From Malacoraja senta (lineage: Eukaryota): 64,000 nt of DNA. Positions 1 to 13,395 of the stretch are shown here, one piece after another. Made by a program: the position numbers and the translations under genes. Positions within the stretch are counted from its first letter, which is position 1; each line of letters opens with the position of its first letter. The stretch covers positions 434,001 to 498,000 of the forward strand of contig JAXLNO010000385.1 of NCBI GenBank assembly GCA_038087875.1, given 5' to 3'. Under the pieces are notes generated by a model, which saw only the letters and a program-made list of their open reading frames with translations, had not been told where the DNA came from and searched no databases.

Positions 1-224
1 CAGGCCTCAGTGACTGAGCTGCCAGCCCTAGAATCCATTCGACCCACAATGTCCCTACTAGCCCTCTGGAAAAATGTCCCTTCGGCCCACAACACCCATA
101 CTAGCGCAACAGAAAGCCCCCCACCCCCCCGCACTGGTCAGCAATATTGGAATTGGTGGAGAGGTGGAATATTGCATTGGGTGACCAGCCCTCCCGTGTG
201 ATGCTGGGACCCAACTTAGTCTAG
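1..224 (+). mobile_element. 3' end of non-autonomous Helitron-like element
   Basis: Ends GGGACCCAAC-TTAGT-CTAG|T (hairpin partly deleted relative to 56984-57011); shares ccattcg(g/a)cccacaatg..tactagccctc sub-repeats with 11815-11850. Confidence 0.6.
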
Positions 225-1256
225 TTATTGTATATAAGTTGGAAATGTTGTCCTTTGTTTGAAATATGATGAATTTGACATCACTTTTATTGATTAGCTG
301 ATATGGAAGACACTGCAACCCTGTGTATGTCGCGCACAAAATGATGTAAATAAAAAGTGTTTTCCTTGTTTATGAAGTTCAATTTAGAATTATTTGAAAT
401 TGTGGGGGTTGGTGCAAAATACTGCTGACCCACGAATGTATCGTTATGAGACATTCAAGTTTTTAAAATCCATGTCTCAAAAAAAGCAAGAAGGTCCCCA
501 TATTATTTGACCAACTTATCGACTGAATTTAAATATGTAGGGATGTATGTACTACATTGTGTTACGCTAATATAGAATGAAAAAATGGAAAAATATTTCG
601 ACATTGTGTTCATGGATATTTTATTCACAATATTAGGATTTCATATATATTTTATATATATGTGTGTGTGTGTATATATATATGTGTATACATACAAATA
701 TATGTGTTTATATATGAATATACACACTTATTGTAATATATATTGTGATATATATATATATAGTGATACACACACACAAATATATATATATATACATACA
801 CACAGAGATTGAAAGAAAAGGGTTGCTAAACAAATTAGAGGAAATCTGAAGAAAGAAACTAGAGAAATATGTCAAGACAAGTCACTTTTGTTTATATAGC
901 ACATTTAAAAAAACAAGCGACCACGTTCGGTCGCGCTGGACGCATGCAATTGCATGCTGGTGGGACAGACCCTTAACTTGCCTCTCACATACAGGCACAC
1001 ACAAACACACATTCATATAGTTACATTTAATTTTGTGTAGTGTGTGTTAAAGCAATACAAGGAAAGCTGCACAATACAATGCAAGGGAAACTACGCAAAG
1101 GTGGCGGCTGGGGAGGAAAGATGGGGGAACGGGGAAAACATTTACAATAAAATTAACTGAAATATGTGAGGTGATAGATGCGCTATATCAAACACTGTTT
1201 GATATATCAAACACTGTTCCCTACAACACTAATTACACTAATTACACTGGTTACAC

Positions 1257-1437
1257 CAAAGATACTAGAGGAGCTCCGCTCCGCTCCGCTATATAATCTT
1301 TGGATCAAAGCAGCAGGAGGCAAACCGGAAGTCGCGTTTTGCATTAGAAAATGGCTGCCGTGACGTTCCATTGCGTACTACACGTCAGTCCATTGGATTT
1401 CGGAGGAGTGGTCTATCTTGCTCCTCTAGTATCTTTG
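1257..1437. mobile_element. MITE-like element with perfect 18-bp terminal inverted repeats
   Basis: CAAAGATACTAGAGGAGC (1257-1274) and GCTCCTCTAGTATCTTTG (1420-1437); no clear TSD. Confidence 0.7.
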
Positions 1438-1995
1438 TTTCCGTGTCCCCCAACTCTCCAGCCTGCGACTGCTCGCTTCCGCCGCCGCTCACAAACTGAA
1501 TCTCTTTCCCTCCTCAAAACGATACAAACCAACCGACCCACCCACCTCCCCTCGCTTCCCATTGGACAAAGGCAGCTGGCAGGCAGGCAGGCAGGGGCAG
1601 GCAAGATTTTGCAACATTTATTTGCTACATTTATCTGCTAAATTATTTGCTAAATTTTGAAAGATTATTGCTGTGCAATGCGTTTAACATCCCAAGGAGT
1701 TTACAATATTACTTTCATGCAACGCCCTCCCTCGCTCGCTCGCTCGCTGCATTTAACATTGCAGGTGTGTGTGGGCAAAATTATTCCAATGGAATGCATC
1801 TATTGCATGTCACATTTCTATTGAGAGGTTTTGCAAGATTTTTGCAAAATTATTGCAATGCAATGCATTTTACATACCAAGGGGTTGCTGGCAATATTAC
1901 TGTTAACAATTTAACAAGGAACTAACTGCAGATAGATAGATGCTGGAAAATCCAAGGTCGAATCGACAAAAATGCTGGAGAAACTCAGCGGGTTT

Positions 1996-2013
1996 CAGAC
2001 AGACAGACAGACG

Positions 2014-2093
<80 letters not shown>

Positions 2094-2118
2094 GCTAGAC
2101 AGCTAGATAGATAGATAA
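1996..2118 (+). repeat. (GACA)n/(GATA)n microsatellite
   Basis: Directly visible. Confidence 0.95.
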
Positions 2119-2260
2119 AGCTAAAGACCAACGCCTTTAGATAAAGACCAACGCCTTTACTCCGTGTCGAGTCTGGGGACATTTTGCATGTCTCCAATTG
2201 CTCTGGAAACTTCTAAAGATGCACCATAGAAATTATACTATCTGGCTGCATCACATCCTA

Positions 2261-3133
2261 GGGGTTAGAGGGGAGGGGGCTAAAAGGGAGAGGGGGAGGG
2301 GAGGGAGAAAGGAGGGAGGAGAGAGGGTGGTAGAGGTGGGGGGAGAGAGGGGGCAGAGGGGAGGGGGAGAGGGGGGAGGTGGAGAGAGTTTGGATCGGGA
2401 GAGAGGAGAGGGGGAGAGAGGAGAGGGAGAGAGAAGAGGGGGAGATGGAGGAGGGAGAGAGAGAGGAGGGGGAGCGAGAGGAGGGGGGAGAGAGAAGGGG
2501 GAGCTAGAAGGGGGGAGAGAGAAGGGGAGACGGGGAAATGCACGGGAGGGAGGGAGGGGAAGAGAAAGAATAGAGGGGAGAGAGAGAGAGTACAGGGGAG
2601 AGGGGGGAGGGAGGGGAGGAGAGAGAGGAGGGGGTGAGTGAGGGGGTTGGGAGGGGAGAGAAGAGGGGGAGTTGGAGGGGGAGAGAAGAGGAGGGAAGAG
2701 GTGGAGGGGAGCGAGATGAGGAGGGGAGTGAGATGAGGAGGGGGAGAGGAGGAGGGGGTGAACAGGAGGGGATGGAGGAGAGGGGGAGGATGGGAGGGGT
2801 AGAGGTGGAGGGGGGGGGAGTGGAGGGCGGTAGAGAGGGAGGGGGTAGATAGGGAGGGGGTAGATAGGGAGGGGGTAGATAGGGAGGGGGTAGATAGGGA
2901 GGGGATAGATAGGGAGGGGGTAGATAGGGATGCGGGCAGATAGGGAGGGGGTAGATAGGGAGGGGGTAGATAGGGAGGGGGTAGATAGGGAGGGGGTAGA
3001 TAGGGAGGGGGTAGATAGGGAGGGGGTAGATAGGGAGGGGGTAGATAGGGAGGGGGTAGATAGGGAGGTGGTAGATAGGGAGGGGGTAGATAGGGAGGGG
3101 GTAGATAGGGAGGCGGTAGTTAGGGAGGGGGTA
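2261..3133 (+). repeat. G/A-rich purine tract ending in a 15-bp minisatellite (GGGAGGGGGTAGATA)n at ~2838-3133
   Basis: Directly visible; roughly 19 units. Confidence 0.93.
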
Positions 3134-3134
3134 C

Positions 3135-3547
3135 GACAAATAGCTATATTTGATTGTACACGCCAGGTTGATTGCATTCGTGGGATCCATTGTGATTGTA
3201 CATCTGTGAGATGGCTCTGTGAGTCATGCAGCAGCTGTTTGATTTTAGTGGCCTCGTGTGAAGGTTCCAATCTCCTAGCCCTGACCCATTGTGATGTCAT
3301 ATCATAGGTAAATGAGATCCATTGTGATTGGACATCAGTGATGGCCAGCAGGATTTAAACAAAATTGTGGTTGGGGGGGCGGATGGATTTTATTTAAAAA
3401 TGTGTACATAAAAACGACGAAATTTAATGAGGAGTGTGTTAGGGTATGTAAAAGTGTAATGTCTAGCGAAATGGAAAAAATCTCGGAGTTTCTGCGTGTG
3501 GTTTAGGCGGACCAAGGAATCAAAGGCCAAATCTGACACCCACAAAT

Positions 3548-3646
<99 letters not shown>

Positions 3647-3656
3647 TATAAAAGTA

Positions 3657-3660
<4 letters not shown>
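3135..3660 (-). mobile_element. 5' part of non-autonomous Helitron-like element with internal (GT)n
   Basis: Minus strand reads TCTACTTTTATAACTC-(TG)n..., the same layout as the unit at 57012; shares atgacatcacaatggg motif with 55215. Confidence 0.5.
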
Positions 3661-3985
<325 letters not shown>

Positions 3986-4140
3986 GGCAAAGTCTGGGTC
4001 GAACATGATGTCAAGATAAATTAATGTAATCTGCTTACTGAAATTGATGGAGATATCTCAGGTTTTTGCCCATACAAATGCCTCAGAAACTCCATTGATA
4101 CCAACAGCCTCCACCACCGACACGAGAAGAACATTTCAAT

Positions 4141-4400
4141 AGATAATAGAACATAGGTGCAGGAGGAGGCCATTTGGTCCTTCGAGCCAGAACCGCCATT
4201 CAAAGTAATCATGGCTGATCATCCCCAATCAGTACCCCGTTCTTGCCTTCTCCCCATATCCCCTGACTCCGCTATTTTTAAGAGCCCTATCTATCTCTCT
4301 CTTGAAAGATTTCAGAGAACCTGCCTGCACCGCCCTCTGAGGCAGAGAATTCCACAGACACAACTCTGTGAGAAAAAGTGTTTCCTCGTCTCCGTTCTTA
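4141..4400 (-). mobile_element. CR1 LINE 3' fragment (mirror at ~25200-25460 +)
   Basis: LWNSLPQRAVQAGSLKSFKREID C-terminus and CR1-type 3' UTR. Confidence 0.85.
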
Positions 4401-4809
4401 AAAAATTCAGGCATCGGACACCCTCTACATATAGAAACATGCCCCACACATCTCAATTGAACTTTGCCCTCTTCCATCCAGCCTTTGCATTTTCACCAAC
4501 ATGCTAACATTTCAACGCCCTCTCCAAATCCTTTGCATCCTGCAGCGGGGGGCAGTTCAGTACTCAATGGGTCAGACAGCATTTGTGATGCGGATAGACA
4601 GGCGTTGTTTCTCGATGGGCTATTCCCCCAGATTCGTGGTTCCGATACAAAACGCCGTCTGTCCATTCCCTGCACAGTTTCTGATCGACTCGCAGATTTG
4701 CTCCATCAATTTGTGTTTTCCCCGCATTGTTTACGCCGGCTTCAGATCATCTGCGGCAAATCTAACGTAGTCAGATATGATGAGAAATGCAGCGCGAAGT
4801 GTGCCAGTG

Positions 4810-5467
4810 CCTGTCCCACTGTACGAGGCAATTTAAGAGCTCTCCCGCGTGAAAAAAAAAAAATCAAACCCGTGATAAGCACGTTGAATGTACCTAGCGG
4901 GTCCGTCGGAGCTCGGGACGTCTCTCAGCGGCTCGTACCGATAACGGCAGGTACTCGGGAAACGCGGACAGCTCGTGAAGATTTTTCAACAAATTGAAAA
5001 ATGTCCACGAGAGCCCCGAGTACCTACGAGCGGCTATTACCGTAATTCTCCGAGTTCGAATCAGGGGAAACTGGGGAGAACTCTTGAATTAGCTCGTACA
5101 GTGGGACAGGAAGAAAGAGGGAACAGGGCAGAAAACGATGGGTGGAGATAAGTCTATGTACGAGGTAATTGAAGAGTTCTCCCGAGTTTTCCCCTGATTC
5201 GAACTCGGAGAATGTCCGCATCGGGTCGGTAGGAGTTCGTGGATGTCTCGTAGCGGCTCGTACGAGTAATTTTTTTTCTCGTGGACATTTTTCACAGTGT
5301 TGAAAAAACGTCACGAGTTTACCGGATTTCCAGAGAACCTACCGTTAGCATAACGAGCCGCTACGAGACATCCACGAACTCCTACGGACCCGCTACGGAC
5401 ATTCTCCGAGTTCGAATCAGGGGAAAACCCGGGAGAACTCTTCAATTTCCTCGTACAGTGGGACAGG
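4810..5467. mobile_element. Two adjacent MITEs (4810-5110; ~5157-5467), possibly PIF/Harbinger-derived
   Basis: TIR CCTGTCCCACTGTACGAG...CTCGTACAGTGGGACAGG; the second copy has ~60-bp inverted arms. Superfamily is an inference. Confidence 0.75.
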
Positions 5468-6064
5468 GGATCATGCTTCTCCTGTCGCTCTCTCTTGGCG
5501 GAGACAAGGGCTCAAGGAAAGAGCGTTCACATCACGGCCCCTGTTTCCACCAACCTTTCCACCACCACGCACAAGAAGCACAAGAAGCGACAAGACAGAC
5601 ACCATTGTGCAGATGCCGAGAAGTGTGTTCAGCTCTGTCTGAACGACTTCTAATCTTGTGTGTGGACTCGATAAGAAGAAAGCGGAGACAAGCCCAAAAC
5701 AGCGTCTGTCAATTTCGACGGTGAACTTTCAAATGACGGTGCACACGGCTATTTACTTTGAGCTTCTGGTTCTTGCCCTGTTGTGTTGCCTGCGAGCCAA
5801 TGACAGCCAGTAGATCAGAATATCACTAAGGTACAGAACACCATCCGGTTTTACCTTCTTTCGCGACTTCCCATTTAAAACGAAATTCCAAAAAATTGGT
5901 CCCGATGATGCGCTTGTAATTAGCTCTTATCCACACTGGATTAATTTATGGATTAACTTATCGGATCATGTTATCCCACTGACGGCGAGGATTCTCCCCG
6001 CTTCTCAGGTTAAGTCCCGCATCCTGCAGACGTGCTGGAGTGAAACAGTCGCGATATTTAAAAG

Positions 6065-6470
6065 ACCAGTCAGTCAATTTTATTTGTATAGCACATTTAA
6101 AAACATCTCACGTTGACCAAAGTGCTGTCGACCAGAGCAGATACTAATGTGCTTCATACAATGGTACACAGAGCTAACAATACATACACAAACTGTTTAC
6201 AGCGCTCCCTTAGAGGGCCTCAAAAACGCTATTGGGTAGAAATAGGATTTGAGGCTCGATTTAAAGAAGTCGATAGAGGGGGTAGTTCTGATGAGGAGAG
6301 GGATGCTGTTCCACAGTCTAGGGGCTGCAACCGCAAAAGCGCGGTCACCGCTGAGCTTAAACCTAGACCGCGAGATAGTCAGTAGCCCCAAGTCGGCCGA
6401 CCTGAGGGACCTGGAGGAAGAATGGTGGTATAGAAGGATTTTGATACAGGAGGGGGCAAGCCCGTTAGGG
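6065..6470 (-). mobile_element. L2-clade LINE 3' fragment
   Basis: NGLAP..RSLRSAD..GDRAFAVAAPRLWNS C-terminus; aataaa plus (TGAC)-type tail. Confidence 0.85.
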
Positions 6471-6763
6471 TGATTGGACGGGTGCATTTATAGGAAAGGT
6501 TAAAATGAATGTCGGGGAATCGCGGGCAAATCGGACTCGCGTTGACGGCGCATCTCGGTTAGCAGAGACGAATTGAGCCAAAGTGACAGATTCAGTGATG
6601 TATGATTCTATAACTTCTACGAGTGATGATTCAAATGGCCATTGCAAGCTGTTCTGTGTGAGTATGTGCGTAGTGGAGATTCTGAGCAGTTGGATGGGAA
6701 TATTGGGAGGACAAACATTGATGGGAGCAAATGTATGTTGAACTATCGGCGTGGATCAGAGGG

Positions 6764-7668
6764 TCACGGACGTACAAGTGCACGAATTGCACTCACTGGG
6801 AATTTAACCGCGTTGATCAGCTCAGCCCTGAATTTACTCTGGGTCACCACGTAAATACACGTGTTGGTGCAGGTACTGAGGAGCTGTAAGAAGCCCGACG
6901 TGACCGCTGTGATATAGTAATAACCGGTGGGGGAGCCGTCAACTCGCACCTTCGCAATACCCGTAAAGATGTAAAATATGGCCTGTGTTGCCCACAGCAG
7001 GACGAAAGTGCCCGTGATACTGAAGAGTAAAACGATGGATTTCCTGCGGTTCTCCATCTCCGGGTCCTTGTCATTCTCTCCGTTGCTTTTTCCCCGGAGC
7101 CCCCTGCGGACTCTGCTGGCCGCTACAATCCGCCTGACCGTCAGCACATTGAGCAGAAGGATCAGAAAGAACGGGATACACGGGGTTAGGACGCGGTGTG
7201 TGATATCATATGCGATCCATGCAGACGACGTAAAGTAGGTGGGTTTGGTGGAGCAACGCCAGGGAAGATTATCAAACACGTAGACAGGTTGTATCGTAAA
7301 ACACCGGGGGACGTTCTCTAAACAGCCCAGCGCACTCACTGCCGTGATAATCACAGCCGCCGTTCTCTCAGTGCAATATCTTGTTTTCAGCTTCTCACAA
7401 CAAATAGCCACAAACCGATCGAAGGTGAAGGCGACCGTCAGCCAGACAGAGACCGCGATGGATGCAAAGACCAGGAAATAGATAGTCGTGCACACGGGAG
7501 TAATGTTCAGCAAAAAATACGGGAAGTAAATTCGAATAGTCTGAAGTAGAAACGGATCGGTGATGCCCACCAGGAGATCAGACGCTGCCATGGCCACCAG
7601 GTAGAGAGTGATGCATTTGGAGAGTCCGCATTTACCTCGACAGAGAATCACAATCGCCAACAAGTTCA
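6764..7668 (-). CDS. GPR139/GPR142-like class A GPCR, copy A, coding exon 2 (TM1 end to stop)
   Basis: 7TM motifs NLLAIVIL, MAASDLLV, TPVC, FTFDRFVAIC, PCIPFFLILLLN, ITGTFVLLWA, LLSTCTNTCIY. Pyrimidine tract plus CAG acceptor immediately before 7668 on the minus strand. Open to TGA at 6764. Confidence 0.92.
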
Positions 7669-8495
7669 CTGTGAGAGAGAGAAGAGATATTACTGACATA
7701 AGGCCCGCACAAATGTATCAGAGGGACATTGTCTGATTGGAATGTTTTCAAACTTCAAATTTGGTTGACCAAATAACCTTTAGCCCAGACCACGTTCAGA
7801 GACTATAGCCTTTGGACCACGGTGTCCACGCACCTCATCAAACACCAATGTATATTACGTTCACAGCTTTTAATACTGCCCATATTCTTCTGAACTGTCT
7901 CCAGATTGTAGCATCCACCTACACTGTCCCATGGACAGTAGTTACAGAAACCATTAATAGGCAGGTCAATTGCATGTGGGAGGAAACATGCGCACAGCCA
8001 AGATTAGCGTGGAGTCGGAGGACGAACGATGAAACATTGCTCATAAAGCACGGGAGGGTGGAGATTGAAACTGCGTCTCCGGAACTGTGTGACACCGGCC
8101 GTCAGGCACGGAAATCGCTATCAAAACATGGGGGGGGGGGGTGTCGGTAACATCGGAGGCTGACCTGGTTGGTGACCGACTCCGAACTCCAGCAACAGCA
8201 GCTTCTTCCGCCCGAATGGTGGGGCTTGAATCAGCCCGTTCGCGTGGCCATTCATCGGCCGGCGGGGGCTTCAGCATGGGGAGCCTCGATCGCCTGGATG
8301 CAGCAGTTTGATTTTAAGCCGCGCTGGGCGATGAAAGGCCCCGCGAACTGGCCGATTCAGTCCTTAGAAAGCCTGATAAATTCCGGATTACAAAACATAG
8401 GTGGGATTGTCCCCCACCTCTCAAAGCACCGGGGGGGGGGTGTTCCCGACCCTCCCCAGATTTACAGATCGTCCGAACGAGACGATATCAAAATA

Positions 8496-8712
8496 CATAA
8501 CCATATAACCATATAACCATATAACCATAACAGCACGGAAACAGGCCATCTCCGCCCTTCAAGTCCGTGCCGAACAGTGGTGGGCAAATTAATGGAAAGG
8601 ATACTTAAAGATAATATATATAAGCATCTGGATAAGCAGGGTCTGATTAGGAACAGTCAACATGGATTTGTGCCTGGAAGGTCATGCTTGACTAATCTTC
8701 TTGAATTTTTCG
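8496..8712. mobile_element. Intronic CR1 pieces: 3' tail (-) joined to an internal RT fragment (+); mirror ~20853-21070
   Basis: (ATAACCAT)n tail, then VVGKLMERILKD..QHGFVPGRSCLTNLLEFF. Confidence 0.75.
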
Positions 8713-9300
8713 AATAACATTAACTGATATAAAATTACGTGACAGCATCTGTTTACATCTGAGTTAACATCTGAGTTTACATCATAGTAAAGTCGTGACA
8801 CCTTCATAGAGTCAGATCCCAGCTGGTGACATTCACTTGCTTTATCTCATGAGCTGTAGCATTGCAGGTCTAACGCGGGATTACGCTTCACGCAGCGACG
8901 AGTGTAGAAAATATATCGATTATATATTCAGTTAAGCAGGTTTGTCCGATTGGGAACACATGTCATTTCACTAACACGTTTCAGACTCTCCACGGAAGGA
9001 ACCCAAGTTGCCATTCTCACAGCTCCTGACCAACATACCAGGGTGTGATTATCTGATACCTGCTCGCTGGTCAGGGCTCTGGCCGGCGCAATCAGTACAG
9101 ACAGTGATCCAGGCCAGGATAAACAACGGGCCTGACGTACACATTGCGGCAGTTCCAGTAGGAAAATGGATGTCTAACCAAATTAAACAAGAGAATTATT
9201 GAAACACAAACAATGTTTGTTTAACGTCGGCACCGCCGGAGTTTACGGAATGTCTCACAGCTAATGCGCGTACATGAAAATCAGAGATAAACCAAATTAC

Positions 9301-9370
9301 CGAAAACAGCGACAGCCGCTATTGTAGGGTAATATATATCTCGAATTCGATAGATCAATGGATATTCCAT
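9301..9370 (-). CDS. GPR139-like GPCR copy A, coding exon 1 (MEYPLIYRIRDIYYPTIAAVAVF+G)
   Basis: ATG at 9370-9368, 70 nt, then G|GTAATT donor. Phase-1 splice across a 1632-bp intron joins in frame (G|TG=Val) and completes TM1. Confidence 0.85.
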
Positions 9371-9917
9371 AGCTGGAAGACACAATTAACTCCTGTGGCT
9401 CCGTCAGTCCGTCATCGCTGTAGCTCTGTGGCGATGCCTTCTGGTGGGCACCGAGATATAGAGAGCGATATGTCTCCAGCGACATTACCTCATACCTGCT
9501 GATTGACATTAGTGACACTCACGGAACAAACACCTTGCGCCACAGCCATTATCTCCACCATGGGACATGACAAGCGAATAATTTAAGGATCGAGAAAAAA
9601 AAACACGAAGCGATTCGCTGAAAACAGAGTCTAAAGAATGGTCACTATCCGAAACGTCACCTATACACGTTCTCCAAAAATGTTGCCTGACCCTCTGTTA
9701 CACCAGCACTTTGTGTATTTTTCACTGAAAACAAGAATTTATGCTTTCCAATGAATGAATGGTCCATGACACTGTGTTATTTCATTTAATGTTGGTGTGA
9801 TTTCGATGGACATCTCCAGTGAACCCATCTACCATTCCACTTTTGTTTTTTCCCCCCAAAATAAATCATAATTCATACCATGACATCACTGATATTGCAA
9901 GAGATGCTGAAATATTC

Positions 9918-10932
9918 ATAGAAGCATAGAAACATGGACAATAGGTGCAGGAGGATGTCATCCGGCCCTTCGAGCCAGCACCGCCATTCATTGTGATCAT
10001 GGCTGATCGTCCCCAATCAATAACCCGTGCCTGCCTTCTCCCCATACCCCTTGATCCCACTAGCCCTTGGAACTCTATCTAACTCTCTTTTAAATCCATC
10101 CAGTGATTTGGACTCCACTGCACTCTGTGGCAGGGAATGCCACAAATTGACAACTCCCTGGGTGAGAAAGTTTTCTCACCTCAGTCTTAAATGACCTCCC
10201 CTTTATTCTAAGACTGTGGCCCCTGGTTCTGGACTCGCCCAACATTGGGACCATTTTTTCCTGCATCTAGCATGTCCAGTCCTTTTATAATTTTATATGT
10301 TTCTATAACCATATAACCATATAACCATATAACAATTACAGCACGGAAACAGGCCATCTCGCCCCTTCTAGGCCGTGCCGAACACTTACTCTCACCTAGT
10401 CCCATCTACCTGCACTCAGACCATAACTCTCCATTACTTTCCCGTCTATATACCAATCCAATTTATTTTTAAATGATAAAATCGAACCTGCCTCCACCAC
10501 TTCCACTGGAAGCTCATTCCACACAGCTACCACTCTCTGAGTAAAGAAATTCCCCCTCATGTTACCCCTAAACTTCTGTCCCTTAATTCTCAAATCATGT
10601 CAACTTGTTTGAATCTTCCCTTCTCTCAATGGAAAAAGCTTATCCACGTCAACTCTGTTTATCCCTCTTATAATTTTAAAGACGTCTATCAAGTCCCCCC
10701 TTCACCTTCTGCGCTCCAAAGTATAAAGACCTAACTTGTTCAACGTTTCTCTGCAACTTAGGTGTTGAAACCCAGGCAGCATTCTAGTAAATCTCCTCTG
10801 TACTCTCTCTATTTTGTTGACATCTTTCCTATAATTTGGCGACCAAAATTGTACTCCAAACTCCAGAATTGGCCTCACCAATCCCTTGTACAAATTTAAC
10901 ATTACATCCCAACTTCTATACTCAATGCTCTA
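9918..10932 (-). mobile_element. Two stacked 5'-truncated CR1 LINE fragments
   Basis: LYKGLVRPILEFGVQFWSP..IERVQRRFTRM..FFTQRVVAVWN with internal stop and (TATATGGT)n tail; second fragment IETYKIIKGLD. Confidence 0.9.
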
Positions 10933-11157
<225 letters not shown>

Positions 11158-13395
11158 TTCGATACTTAACTAAAACTCATCTTGTCCTCTTCCGGATTGC
11201 GCTGTATTTATATTTGCGCAAAGACCGTCCCCGATAGCGCTACGACCCCCCCCCCCCCCCCCCCCCGCCTCACACGCCGTTCAGCAGATTGGTCTTCTCT
11301 CCTGTCATTCGCCTGGACGACCACGCCCCTTCCGGCACCCGCTGTCAATCACCGGGGCGAGGAGAATAAAGCAATGGAGGCCGGGCTGAGTCCGTGAGCC
11401 GCCCTTGAGTCCAGCGGCCGTCCCGAAGACGTCCCGAAGCGGTCCCGAAGTCGGTGAGGCCGGAGCCGTCCCGAAGCCGGTGAGTCCCGCAGCCGCCGGG
11501 GAGCCTATGAGCCGCCCCGAGACGAGGAATCCCGGAGGCGGCCCGGAGTGGCGAGCGGTCCGGAGCCTGGCCGACTGCTGCAACCTCGAGATCCTGCGGA
11601 AGTAAGGAGTGAGTGTGGGGGGATTGAGGGAGCCGGGCGCAGGCGGGGGCCGGGCGCTGGCCGGGGCACAGCACCACCGCACACACACCCACGCGCTCCC
11701 CTCCCCTCGCAAACCCCCCCTCCAAACGTAGGCCACGGCAGCGCCGCCCCCCCGGCCCCCACCTGAAGCCGTCACCCTCCCTGTCCCCAGCTGCAGGACT
11801 AGCCCAAGGAAAGTCCATTCGGCCCACAATGCATGTACTAGCCCTCCGGAAACCAGTCCCTTCGACCCACAACACCTATACAAGCCCTTCAGAAACACCC
11901 CACTCTGGCCCCCGCCTGAAGCCATTCCCCTCCCCCGGCTGCAGGACGCTCCCCCCCCACTGTGAACCGTCAGCCCCTGCCTGAAGCCGTCCCCCTCCCC
12001 GGGTATATGGCGCTGCCCCCTCTCAACTGCCAGCCCCCGCCTGAAGCCGTTCCCCAACCACGGCTGTAGGACGCTCCACCCCGCCCCCGACAGCCCCCCT
12101 CCTAAAGACGTCCCCCATCCCCTGCTGCCGGCGCCGCATCCCGCCCCCCTACCCCGGCTGCGGGTCGCTTGCCCCACCACCACCATCGTCCCCGACAACC
12201 TCCGCTTGAAGCTGCTCCACTCCCCGGCTGTAGGAAGCTCACACTGGCTCCCAAAGGCTCCCACCTGAAGCTGTCCCCCTCCCCAAGCTACAGGATGCTC
12301 GCCGCCCCCCCTCCCCACTGGCCCCGACAACCCCGCCTGAAGCTGTCCCTGTCACCCTGCTTCAAGATACCCCCGCCAACCGGTCGCGACAAACCCCGCC
12401 TGAAGCCGTCCCCGTCCCCCTGCTGTAAGACCCCCTCCCCCAACCGGCCACGACAGCCCCCGCGTGAAGCCGTCCCCCCTCCCGGCTGCCGGATGCTCCC
12501 CTCTCCGCCACCGGCTCCGACAGCCCCCGTCTGAAGCCCTACCCCCACCCAGACAGCCGCCGCCTGAAGCCGTGACCCTCCCCCAGCTGTCGGACGCTCC
12601 CCGCCGTCAGCTCCCTCCTGATGCCGTCCCAATCCCCCGGCTGAAGGATGTCCCTCCCACAGGTCGCTCGCACCCCTCCCCCCAACCGGTCCCCGACAGC
12701 CCCCGACTGAAGCTATCCTCGTCCCGGTTACAGGACGCTCCTGCAGGCCCCCACCTGAAGCTGTCCCCTTCCTCCAGGTACAGGCCGCTCCCGACAGCCC
12801 CCGCCTGGCACCGTCCACGTCCCCAGCTGCAGGACACTGCTCCACTCCACCCCCACCGGCCCCCGCCTGAAGCCGTCGGTGTCCCCAGCTGCAGGATGCA
12901 CCCTACAGGCCCCCCTCCTGTAGCCGGTGGGGAGCGGTAGCGGCAGGCCACGGTAGCTGTAGGCCACGGCAGCGGCAGGCCACGGTAGCTGTAGGCCACG
13001 GCAGCGGCAGGCAGCGGAAGGCCACGGCAGCGGTAGCGGTTGGCCACGGCCGCGGTGGGTCACGGCAGCGCTACCTAGTTTCAATTGCAGCCGAATATGC
13101 CATTGAGAGAGAGAGAGAGAGAGAGAGAAGGCGACTATTCTCATTTTTGTTGAAAGTTGAAGAAGACGAGATTTGAAAGAATGAAAACGGTGAAATTGTA
13201 ACGCCAGAAGACATGTTTCTATCAGCAAAAACATTGTATTGATTTCATCTATCCCGCACTTGACAATCCTGTAGAATTATTCTCCGACAATTGTATCTTG
13301 CGTCCGCACAACGATACGATGAGAAGCATCAATTCTCCATGTATCAGATGCTTCCTTGGATTATTAAGGAGTACTTTTCTATCAATGATGTCACT

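Noticed and set aside
2198..3307. Pro/Ser-rich 349-aa and Gly/Glu/Arg-rich ORFs
   Set aside because: Translations of the purine tract and 15-mer repeat.
11305..13234. Overlapping GC-rich ORFs of 120-341 aa
   Set aside because: Stop-poor minisatellite within a transposon-like element; no recognisable domain.
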